Below are positions 1 to 7,589 of a stretch of DNA of 38,495 nt, piece by piece. This DNA comes from a virus: IMG/VR virus record IMGVR_UViG_3300026549_000015; one strand, given 5' to 3'. A program made the position numbers and the translations under genes. Numbering within the stretch: position 1 is the stretch's first letter; each line of letters starts with the position of its first letter. Under the pieces are notes generated by a model. That model searched no databases, was not told where the DNA came from, and was given only the letters and a program-made list of their open reading frames with translations.

Positions 1-127
1 AAAATAATTTCAATGCCGATTGGAGAGATCCATCCATACGGAAAAAATCCGAGAAAAAACGATGGTGCGGTTAATGCAGTCGCAGAAAGCATCCGGCAGT
101 TCGGCTTTAATCAGCCGATTGTTGTTG
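1..127. repeat. Terminal direct repeat, identical to 38369-38495 (circularisation overlap)
   Basis: Base-by-base comparison of the first and last lines shows identity. The repeat cuts through the start of the ParB-like CDS. 127 nt is a typical maximum k-mer overlap of de Bruijn assemblers. Confidence 0.9.
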
Positions 128-1026
128 ATAAGGATCACGTTATCATCGTCGGGCATACGCGGTATAAAGCCGCGAAAAAACTGGGGATAAAGGATATACC
201 TGTCATTGTTGCGGAAGATCTGTCTGATCAGCAGGCCAAGGCATACCGGTTGGCCGATAATAAGACCAATGATCTGGCCGACTGGGATTTCGAACTTCTC
301 GGGGATGAACTCGATAGCATTTTTGATTTCGACATGTCTGATTTTGGGTTCGACATCAATGACGAGGACAAAGAAGATGCAGAAATGGATGAGGATAGTT
401 ATTATGGTGATGAGCGGGAGCGAACGTCAGCATCGTACAATCTCGAATATTTCGACCAGATTCGATCAGATGGTTTTTACGAGATGCCGGTCATTGAACC
501 TGTTGATTACATACCGGACGAACTGATCGGATTTAATTATGTTCTGAGTTCAAATCGGAGGGATGCCGGCGTTCACTTTTTCATCGACGATTATCAGTTT
601 GAACGCGTATGGAATGAGCCATTAAAATACATGGACATCCTTCAGGAATTTCCCTGTGTTCTTACACCTGATTTTTCGTTGTATATGGATATGCCCCGAG
701 CTATGAAGATCTGGAACATTTACAGGTCGCGGCTGATCGGCCAGATGATGCAGGATTACGGTATCACGGTGATTCCTACATTGTCATGGGCGGAGCCGGA
801 AACATTTCGATTCTGCTTTGATGGACTGAGGAAGGGCGGAACGGTAGCGGTCAGCACTGTCGGCGTAATAAGAGACGAGGAAGCCAGAAAAATTTGGACT
901 TCCGGAATGGATGAGGCAATCCGAAGGTTACAGCCTGATCAGATTCTTTGCTATGGATCTGATATAAAATATGATTTTAAAGGTATTCCGGTACGGCATT
1001 TTGATGCCAGAAAGTTTTCAGAGTAA
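13..1026 (+). CDS. ParB/Srx-like nuclease N-terminal domain fused to a DUF4417-like C-terminal domain
   Basis: N-terminus reads 'HPYGKNPRKND..AESIRQFGFNQPIVVDKDHVIIVGHTRYKAAKKLG..IPVIV..AKAYRLADNK', the ParB N-terminal fold with a GxxR box. The C-terminal 'GVHFFIDDYQFERVWNEP...TLSWAEPETF' resembles DUF4417. Confidence 0.75.
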   Translation: MPIGEIHPYGKNPRKNDGAVNAVAESIRQFGFNQPIVVDKDHVIIVGHTRYKAAKKLGIKDIPVIVAEDLSDQQAKAYRLADNKTNDLADWDFELLGDELDSIFDFDMSDFGFDINDEDKEDAEMDEDSYYGDERERTSASYNLEYFDQIRSDGFYEMPVIEPVDYIPDELIGFNYVLSSNRRDAGVHFFIDDYQFERVWNEPLKYMDILQEFPCVLTPDFSLYMDMPRAMKIWNIYRSRLIGQMMQDYGITVIPTLSWAEPETFRFCFDGLRKGGTVAVSTVGVIRDEEARKIWTSGMDEAIRRLQPDQILCYGSDIKYDFKGIPVRHFDARKFSE

Positions 1027-1036
1027 TGGAGAAGAA

Positions 1037-1420
1037 ATGGGAGGAAGAGGAAGCTCATTTGGAAAAGCGGGTGGAGGATCCGGATCAATTGACAGCCAGA
1101 TCTCATCCATTGATAAACAAATTGACAAGCTCGGTGTAAAAATGGCAACGTTTTTCAGATCCGCTACAGCTGATCATGGCGGGTTTAACCATTCTGAACG
1201 GCAGCAGTATAACAAAATGCTTGAAAAGACCAGGTCGCTGAAAAAACAAAGGTCTAATCTATATGATAAGAAGGCAAAGGCGCAGCAGTCATCCAGCAGC
1301 GGGAAAACGACTTTTGTTAACAGCTATGGCGAGGCTACCAGAAGGTATATAACATCTGGGACATATGAACGCGCACAGAAGAGACAGAGCAAATCAGTTC
1401 TCAGAAATATGGGATATTAA
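1037..1420 (+). CDS. Hypothetical phage protein with a Gly/Ser-rich N-terminus and basic C-terminus
   Basis: ATG at 1037 is preceded by GGAGAAGAA and lies in frame with track ORF 971-1420. It starts right after the ParB stop. No family recognised. Confidence 0.55.
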   Translation: MGGRGSSFGKAGGGSGSIDSQISSIDKQIDKLGVKMATFFRSATADHGGFNHSERQQYNKMLEKTRSLKKQRSNLYDKKAKAQQSSSSGKTTFVNSYGEATRRYITSGTYERAQKRQSKSVLRNMGY

Positions 1421-1445
1421 AGCAGCTTAGAAGTTGGTGAGGTGA

Positions 1446-1901
1446 ATGGCGAATGAAGAAAACTTAAAGCCGATACGAACTGAGAGTGAAGCAAGAGAAA
1501 AAGGGAGAAAAGGTGGAATCGCTTCCGGGAAATCCCGCCGCCGCAAGAAGGCCATGAAAGTGCACCTTCAAGAAGCTTTGGAATTATCCGTTGTTAACCC
1601 AAAAGTAAAAAAGATGATGCGCCAGGTTGGGATGGAAGACGGGAACAGCAACTACGATGCCGTGACTGCTAGTATTATTGCCGGAGCTATTCAAGGGGCA
1701 CCAGGATATGCAAGGCTGCTGATGGAACTGATCGGCGAGACTGGAGAAGAGAAGCGGGCGGATAAATCTGACAGGCGTGATGCAAAACGTTTGAGAATGG
1801 AAGAAGAGGAATTTAAACGGAAAAACGATTTGAACACTATAGACCGGGATATTAATATCCACATCGACTACGGTGGTGATTCTGATGGATCTGACAGTTA
1901 A
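1446..1901 (+). CDS. Putative terminase small subunit
   Basis: RBS GGTGAGGTG. Basic N-terminus 'REKGRKGGIASGKSRRRKK'. Sits immediately upstream of the large terminase and overlaps it. The call rests mainly on position. Confidence 0.5.
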   Translation: MANEENLKPIRTESEAREKGRKGGIASGKSRRRKKAMKVHLQEALELSVVNPKVKKMMRQVGMEDGNSNYDAVTASIIAGAIQGAPGYARLLMELIGETGEEKRADKSDRRDAKRLRMEEEEFKRKNDLNTIDRDINIHIDYGGDSDGSDS

Positions 1902-3159
1902 GGCGAATGCGGTATTCCGCGAGCCGGATCGGAGCCGTAAGCGTTACGTGATCATGAAAGGGTCGGCGGGCTCCGGAAAGAGCATGGACACCGCACAGAT
2001 GTACATCCTGCGGCTGATGAAGGACAAGGGTAGAAATCTTCTGTGCGTCCGGAAGTCTGATGTAACGAACCGGGACAGCACATTCGCAGAGCTGCAGGGC
2101 GCGATCTTCCGGATGTTCGGTGATGCCTGGCAGCGATACTGGTACATCAACTCCAGTAACATGATCATGGAGTGCCGGTCGAATCACAACCAGATCATTT
2201 TTCGAGGCGTGAATGATGATAAACAGCGTGAGAAGTTGAAGTCGATCACATTTAAGCGAGGCAAACTGACAGACGTATGGATCGAGGAAGCCACAGAGTT
2301 GACACAGCAGGACTTTGAAATTATTGATGACCGTCTCCGAGGAGAACTCCCGGACGGTCTTTTTTATCAGATCCGGATGACTTTCAATCCGGTCAGTGCT
2401 CAGCACTGGATCAAGAGAGTGTTTTTTGACCGATCGGATCCGGATGTATTAACGCACCAGTCAACATACAAGGATAACCGCTTCATTGACGCGGCATATT
2501 ATCGACGCATGGAACGACGCAAAGAGGTTGACCCGGAAGGATATCTGGTTTATGGCCTCGGGCAATGGGGCGAGACAAAGGGGCTGATCCTTCACAACTG
2601 GGAAGCAAAGGAAGTGCCGCTTGATCTGGAATGGTACGACGATGTCGCGATCGGCCAGGACTTCGGATACAATCACGCAAACGCGATCTATCCGATCGGT
2701 ATCAAGGACGGCAACCTGTACGTCATGCCCGGACTTTACGGATATGAGAAAGATACTGCTGAGTGGATCGCAGAGGCGAATGCAAAGCATCTGCCAAAAG
2801 ATCTGGTCATGTGGTGTGATTCTGCAGAGCCGGACCGGATCAAGATGTGGAGAAAGGCAGGATATCGAGCCAGAGGCGTCAGCAAGGAATCCGGCAGCAT
2901 TCATGCGCAGATCGACTGGCTGAAGGGTATTCCGGACGGAGATCGTCCGATCAATAGAAAAATATACGTGCATCCATCCAATGTGAATTTTATCAAGGAA
3001 ATTGAGCAGTGGAAGTGGAAGCACGATGACAAGCGGAACGAGTATCTTGATGAGCCCGTTCCGTTTTTTGATGACGCGATGGCCGCTCTGAGATATGGCA
3101 TCGAGGGCTGGCGCAAAGCACAGAAGGTACACGTAAAAACCTTTAAGGGAGGCATTTGA
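1885..3159 (+). CDS. terL: Terminase large subunit (PBSX/Terminase_3-like)
   Basis: Walker A 'GSAGSGKS', Walker B-like 'DVWIEEATE' and a C-terminal nuclease region 'GQDFGYNHANA...CDSAEPDRI...DDAMAALRY'. The ATG at 1885 has RBS GGTGGTGA. An alternative GTG start lies at 1873. Confidence 0.9.
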   Translation: MDLTVKANAVFREPDRSRKRYVIMKGSAGSGKSMDTAQMYILRLMKDKGRNLLCVRKSDVTNRDSTFAELQGAIFRMFGDAWQRYWYINSSNMIMECRSNHNQIIFRGVNDDKQREKLKSITFKRGKLTDVWIEEATELTQQDFEIIDDRLRGELPDGLFYQIRMTFNPVSAQHWIKRVFFDRSDPDVLTHQSTYKDNRFIDAAYYRRMERRKEVDPEGYLVYGLGQWGETKGLILHNWEAKEVPLDLEWYDDVAIGQDFGYNHANAIYPIGIKDGNLYVMPGLYGYEKDTAEWIAEANAKHLPKDLVMWCDSAEPDRIKMWRKAGYRARGVSKESGSIHAQIDWLKGIPDGDRPINRKIYVHPSNVNFIKEIEQWKWKHDDKRNEYLDEPVPFFDDAMAALRYGIEGWRKAQKVHVKTFKGGI

Positions 3160-4532
3160 CGGTGAGAATGAAACATCCATACAGACTGCCTGTTCCTCTG
3201 ACATGTGATCCTGCAGACGTTGTAAACGGCGTCAGCATGAACATGATAGACAAGTACATCGAGAAGCATAAAAAGAATCTCAGGCGTTACGAATATCTTG
3301 AGAGGCTGTACAGCGGATTTTTTGATATCGACGATGAACCGCCAAAGGAAGCATGGAAGCCGGACAACCGGTTGACGGTCCCGTTTCCAAAATACATCAC
3401 GGACACCTTCACCGGTTACGGGTACGGCATCCCGATCAAAGAGGAGCATCCAGACGATGCCATCAACGAGCGGATACATGACTTCCAGAATGACAACGAG
3501 CTTACGGATCACGAAGCTGAGCTGATCAAACGCTGCTGCATTTACGGCCATGCATGGGAGTACATCTATCAGGATGAGAATACCAGAACAAAAATGACGG
3601 TGCTCACTCCGAAAGATATATTTGTTGTGTATGATGACACGCTTCTGAGCCGGGCGCTGTTTGCAGTCAGATATGGTTATCATTCAGACAACAGCCGGAA
3701 ACCGCGCCAGCAGTACGGCGAAATCCTCACAAGGGACGAAATCATCGAGTTCGACGGAGAAAAGATCATAAACAGAAAGCAGAATCCTTACGGCCTGATC
3801 CCGTGTGTTGAGTGGCGTCTGAATGACGAGCGGTCTGGACTGTATGAGCAGGTGTCCCGCCTGATCGAACAGTATAATCATGTTATTTCCGAGAAGGCTA
3901 ATGATGTGGATGCTTTCGCAGAAGCTTATCTGGCGATAATCGGTGCGGAAGTTGATGAGAACGACATTTATCGCATCAGGGACGATAGAATCATCAACCT
4001 GTACGGTACGGATAATGCCAAGGATGTTCTGGTTCAATTCCTCACGAAACCGACAGCGGACGCAACGCAGGAAAATCTCCTGGATAGGCTGGAAAAAGAA
4101 ATCTATGAGACGTCGATGGTGGCAAATATTTCGGATGAAACATTCGGTAATGCTACCAGCGGAATAGCGCTGGCGTATAAGCTGCAGGCCATGAGCAACC
4201 TCGCAAGGATGTTCGACCGTAAGATCGAAAAATCGATCTGGAAGCGGTACAAGATCTTCTGTTCGCTGAAGACTAATGTCAGCGATCCGGAAGCATACAA
4301 GGATATTTCTATCACGATGACCAGAAACCTTCCGAAGAATATTCAGGAGGAAGCGCAGACGGCTGCACAGCTTGAGGGCGTTGTGAGCAAGGAGACACAA
4401 CTTCGGGTTCTTTCGATCGTAGATGATCCAAGGGATGAGATTCAAAAGATGCAGGACGAGGAAGACGCCAGCCAGACTGCTGCAGTCACTAATGCACTGT
4501 ACGGCAGTACGCATTCGGACGGTGAGAATTAA
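3156..4532 (+). CDS. Portal protein (SPP1 gp6-like)
   Basis: 458-aa ORF directly after terL. Portal-like motifs include 'YEYLERLYSG', 'ELIKRCCIYGHAWEYIY' and 'GIALAYKLQAMSNLARMFDRK'. The start is uncertain: TTG 3156, ATG 3168 or ATG 3237. Confidence 0.85.
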   Translation: MTVRMKHPYRLPVPLTCDPADVVNGVSMNMIDKYIEKHKKNLRRYEYLERLYSGFFDIDDEPPKEAWKPDNRLTVPFPKYITDTFTGYGYGIPIKEEHPDDAINERIHDFQNDNELTDHEAELIKRCCIYGHAWEYIYQDENTRTKMTVLTPKDIFVVYDDTLLSRALFAVRYGYHSDNSRKPRQQYGEILTRDEIIEFDGEKIINRKQNPYGLIPCVEWRLNDERSGLYEQVSRLIEQYNHVISEKANDVDAFAEAYLAIIGAEVDENDIYRIRDDRIINLYGTDNAKDVLVQFLTKPTADATQENLLDRLEKEIYETSMVANISDETFGNATSGIALAYKLQAMSNLARMFDRKIEKSIWKRYKIFCSLKTNVSDPEAYKDISITMTRNLPKNIQEEAQTAAQLEGVVSKETQLRVLSIVDDPRDEIQKMQDEEDASQTAAVTNALYGSTHSDGEN

Positions 4533-6139
4533 TGAGCAGCGCAGACTACTGGAGAAAACGCGAGGCTGAGGCTCTAAAAGAAAACCAGAAGCAGGAGAAG
4601 GACTACGATAAGCAGGTCGCAGAGATCTATCAGCAGATGATCGATGAGTGCGATGTGGATATCAAGACGTTCTATGCACGGTATGCCAGCAAAGAAGGCA
4701 TCACGATGGCAGAAGCCAAGAAGCGGGCTGACAAGCTGGACATCGAGGAGTATGGCCGCAAGGCTAAGAAGTACGTCAAGGACAAGGACTTCTCGGATCA
4801 GGCCAACGAAGAAATGCGCCTCTACAATATGACCATGAAGGTCAACCGCCTGGAGCTGCTGAAGGCAGAGCTTGGTCTTGAAATGACTGCCGGATCGGAT
4901 GAGCTGCAGAAGAAGCTCGGTGTGATGCTCGACGATCGCGCCAGAGAGTCCTACAAACGGCAGGCCGGTATTCTTGGGAAGACTGTTCCGGACGCTGACA
5001 CTTATGGACGGATGATGGACACGATCGTCAACGGCTCTTTCCATAACGCAACATGGTCGCAGCGGATCTGGGCGAACCAGGAAGCACTGCGCAGCAGGGT
5101 GAACGCTTTGCTTGTGCGTGGTCTGATCGGCGGCAGGAATCCGAGAGAGATGGCCAGAGACCTTACCAGGACGGTGCAATCCAGTCAGTCAAATGCAGAG
5201 CGCCTGATGCGTACAGAGCTGGCCAGGGTCCAGATCGGAGCCCAGCAGCAGGCGATCGCTGATGCCGGATACGATGAATATACTTTTCTGGCAATCGGTA
5301 CAGCCTGCGGTGACTGTAGAGCGCTTGATGAAAAGACCTTCAAGCTGAAGAAGATGATGCCGGGCGAAAACGCGCCGCCGATGCATCCGAATTGCAGATG
5401 CTCCGTCTGTGCAGCGATGTCCGACGAGGAGTTCAGGAAGCTGACCGGGGTGGACCCGGTGAAGCTGGACCCGGGTGCGAGCGACAAGGCAGCGAAGGAG
5501 AAAATAAAGGAAGAGAGCAAAGGACAGGAAAGAGAAAGCGCATATATACATGACGACGGAAAGAGAGACACAGGCCATGTAAATTTAGCCCTTGTAAATA
5601 CTAAAAAGTATCATGATAAATTTGAGAATCTTTCAAATCATAAGGCTGTAAACGAGTCTCTTTATCAGGAATCGATGGTTATCTTGGGAGATAGGAACAA
5701 CACAGAGTATGAGGACATTGTTGCCGTAGATGCAAGGAGTGGAAAAGTTTTGGAAAAGAACACATCTGCAGCACAATGCGGATATAAGCATAGTTGTGGC
5801 TTTACGCTAGAACAATATCAAGGTTTAGAAAAACGTGGCAAGGCGTATGAGGTGCTTCACAATCACCCAAATAGTTCTGTCCCGTCAAGAGATGATATTC
5901 GTAAATTGTTTGAAAGAGACAAACAAACGGCGTCAACAATCTGCTGCCATAATGGGAATGTTTACCGGATGGAAAAATTAAAGCCAAATAATGATATTGC
6001 TATTCTTGAAGAAAAAGCGTATACTTACTGCAAAGAGAAATATGCATATTTCGATGACGAAAAAATCGAATATGAATGTTCTTCAAGAATGATAAAGATG
6101 TTATTAAGACGTGGATATTTAAAATTCACTAAGAGGTGA
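4532..6139 (+). CDS. Head morphogenesis protein (MuF / SPP1 gp7 family) with a C-terminal RadC/JAB-like domain
   Basis: The MuF core is 'NATWSQRIWANQEAL...NAERLMRTELARVQ...GDCRALDEKTF...PPMHPNCRCSV'. From about 5534 onward an AT-rich extension contains 'EYEDIVAVDARSGKVL...AYEVLHNHPNSSVPSRDDI' (HNH..D at 5858-5899). Confidence 0.85.
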   Translation: MSSADYWRKREAEALKENQKQEKDYDKQVAEIYQQMIDECDVDIKTFYARYASKEGITMAEAKKRADKLDIEEYGRKAKKYVKDKDFSDQANEEMRLYNMTMKVNRLELLKAELGLEMTAGSDELQKKLGVMLDDRARESYKRQAGILGKTVPDADTYGRMMDTIVNGSFHNATWSQRIWANQEALRSRVNALLVRGLIGGRNPREMARDLTRTVQSSQSNAERLMRTELARVQIGAQQQAIADAGYDEYTFLAIGTACGDCRALDEKTFKLKKMMPGENAPPMHPNCRCSVCAAMSDEEFRKLTGVDPVKLDPGASDKAAKEKIKEESKGQERESAYIHDDGKRDTGHVNLALVNTKKYHDKFENLSNHKAVNESLYQESMVILGDRNNTEYEDIVAVDARSGKVLEKNTSAAQCGYKHSCGFTLEQYQGLEKRGKAYEVLHNHPNSSVPSRDDIRKLFERDKQTASTICCHNGNVYRMEKLKPNNDIAILEEKAYTYCKEKYAYFDDEKIEYECSSRMIKMLLRRGYLKFTKR

Positions 6140-6144
6140 TTCAT

Positions 6145-6312
6145 ATGAAAAATCAAAAATCCGAGAAAACGCCTGAAGATATATGGTATGATTATATCGA
6201 TGATAGTAAAATGCCATCTCCGGAAGAGGTTGAAAATTTTCCGGACACAAGTGAAATCGATAAGGAAGTAGATAAAGGATTTGAAAAAATAGCTAAGGAG
6301 CTCGGACTCTAA
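6145..6312 (+). CDS. Small acidic protein (55 aa), absent from the ORF track; candidate partner or immunity protein for the MuF C-terminal domain
   Basis: My translation: MKNQKSEKTPEDIWYDYIDDSKMPSPEEVENFPDTSEIDKEVDKGFEKIAKELGL*. A strong RBS AAGAGGTGA lies 5 nt upstream of the ATG. The ORF starts 6 nt after the MuF stop. Confidence 0.55.
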   Translation: MKNQKSEKTPEDIWYDYIDDSKMPSPEEVENFPDTSEIDKEVDKGFEKIAKELGL

Positions 6313-6451
6313 AATGAACAAAAGCTTGAAAGGCACGGCAGCGCAGGCACCATGCTTTTTCGTGGGGTGTGGTAATGAAATACAGAAAGAAACCAGTTGT
6401 TATTGAAGCGTACCAGACAGACGAACCGATCAGAAAAGGAGAGAAAACCGT

Positions 6452-6646
6452 ATGATTATGATTTCAACAGCATTATTTATTATCATTTTGGTGCTGATCA
6501 ACGCGCCGGCGTGGACATTTGCTCTGGTTGGCGTGTATTTTACCTTCCGGGTAATCGAACGCGTAAAGCATGAAAAGGCAAAGAAGGCACTTTTGAAGGT
6601 AATTGATGAGATTGTAAAATCATTTAAGGAGTCTGGCATTGATTAA
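6452..6646 (+). CDS. Small membrane protein with an N-terminal hydrophobic hairpin and a charged C-terminal helix
   Basis: Sequence 'MIMISTALFIIILVLINAPAWTFALVGVYFTF' followed by 'RVIERVKHEKAKKALLK'. The ATG overlaps the stop of a 26-codon upstream ORF (ATGA). Confidence 0.55.
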   Translation: MIMISTALFIIILVLINAPAWTFALVGVYFTFRVIERVKHEKAKKALLKVIDEIVKSFKESGID

Positions 6647-6926
6647 GGTTCAATACAGCAATGATCGTATTACGGTCACAGGCCACAGCGGTTACGCGCC
6701 GCCCGGCCAGGACATTGTTTGTGCCGGTGTTTCGGTGCTGGCCCAGAACCTGGTTGCCAGCATCAAGGCGCTGACAGACGACACAATTTCATACGATATC
6801 ACGCCTGGGAAGGCTGATATATATTACAGGAATCCATCAGAGAAAACGAAGACTCTGATCGATTCCTTTTTTATTGGGTGTGCAGCTATTGCGGATGCAT
6901 ATCCGGAACACGTCAAAATTTCATGA
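6639..6926 (+). CDS. prp: Prp-like cysteine protease (ribosomal-processing cysteine protease / DUF464 family)
   Basis: 'ITVTGHSGYAPPGQDIVCAGVSVLAQNL' matches the Prp signature GH(A/S)...G.DIVCA.VS and keeps the His/Cys dyad. TTG start with AAGGAG 7 nt upstream. Confidence 0.8.
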   Translation: MIKVQYSNDRITVTGHSGYAPPGQDIVCAGVSVLAQNLVASIKALTDDTISYDITPGKADIYYRNPSEKTKTLIDSFFIGCAAIADAYPEHVKIS

Positions 6927-6981
6927 ACGCAATACCGTGGGGCATATGCAATGCGGCGGGGCGCGAAAGGAGAGAAGAGAA

Positions 6982-7578
6982 ATGTTAGCCAGAAGTATGT
7001 ATCTACAGCTGTTCGCTGAAGGAGACGGGGCTGAAGGGACGCCGGCACAGGAGCCAGCGGACAATAGCAATGCCGCCGGCAGTAATGAACAGAAAAATCC
7101 GTTTGATGATTTCCTGAAGGATCCGGAGAATCAGGCCGAGTTTGACCGGCGCGTCGCCAAGGCACTGGATACGCAGAAGAAGAATCTTTCTGCTGACTAT
7201 GCGAAGAACCTGGACAGCGCGAAGAAGGAAGCCGAGAAGCTTGCCAAGATGAATGCGGATCAGAAACGCGACTACGACATGGAGAAGCTCAGAGAAGAAA
7301 ATGAGGCGCTGAAGAAGCAGGCCGCACGAGTCGAACTGAGCAAGACGGCATCTGTTCTGCTCAAGGAACAGAAGGTTGACGCGACACAGGATATCCTTGA
7401 TTTCGTGGTCGGGGAAGATGCGGAACAGACAAAGGCAAACATTGACAAATTTGTTGGCATTATCGAATCCGTCAAGAAAGCGGCAGAGGTCCAGAGGGCC
7501 ACAGGATCCGCTCCAAAGAATTACGGCGGAGGAGAGGAACTCACAGAGATCCAGAAGAGGATCGCAAAGTACAAATGA
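6982..7578 (+). CDS. Capsid scaffolding protein (DUF4355-like) with an L27-like leader
   Basis: The ATG at 6982 is preceded by AAAGGAGAG. The N-terminus is 'MLARSMYLQLFAEGDG'. The protein is acidic and coiled-coil rich ('KKEAEKLAKMNADQKRDYDMEKLREENEALKKQ') and lies directly upstream of the capsid gene. Confidence 0.8.
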   Translation: MLARSMYLQLFAEGDGAEGTPAQEPADNSNAAGSNEQKNPFDDFLKDPENQAEFDRRVAKALDTQKKNLSADYAKNLDSAKKEAEKLAKMNADQKRDYDMEKLREENEALKKQAARVELSKTASVLLKEQKVDATQDILDFVVGEDAEQTKANIDKFVGIIESVKKAAEVQRATGSAPKNYGGGEELTEIQKRIAKYK

Positions 7579-7589
7579 GGTGAAAATTT

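Noticed and set aside
206-526. 106-aa + strand ORF in an alternative frame inside the ParB-like gene
   Set aside because: It is nested out of frame within a gene with clear ParB motifs. It has no RBS and its composition is typical of a shadow frame.
6375-6455. 26-codon ORF MKYRKKPVVIEAYQTDEPIRKGEKTV as a functional gene
   Set aside because: It looks like a truncated N-terminus of a longer phage protein family. It is too short to support as a gene, so it is mentioned only as part of the mosaic block.
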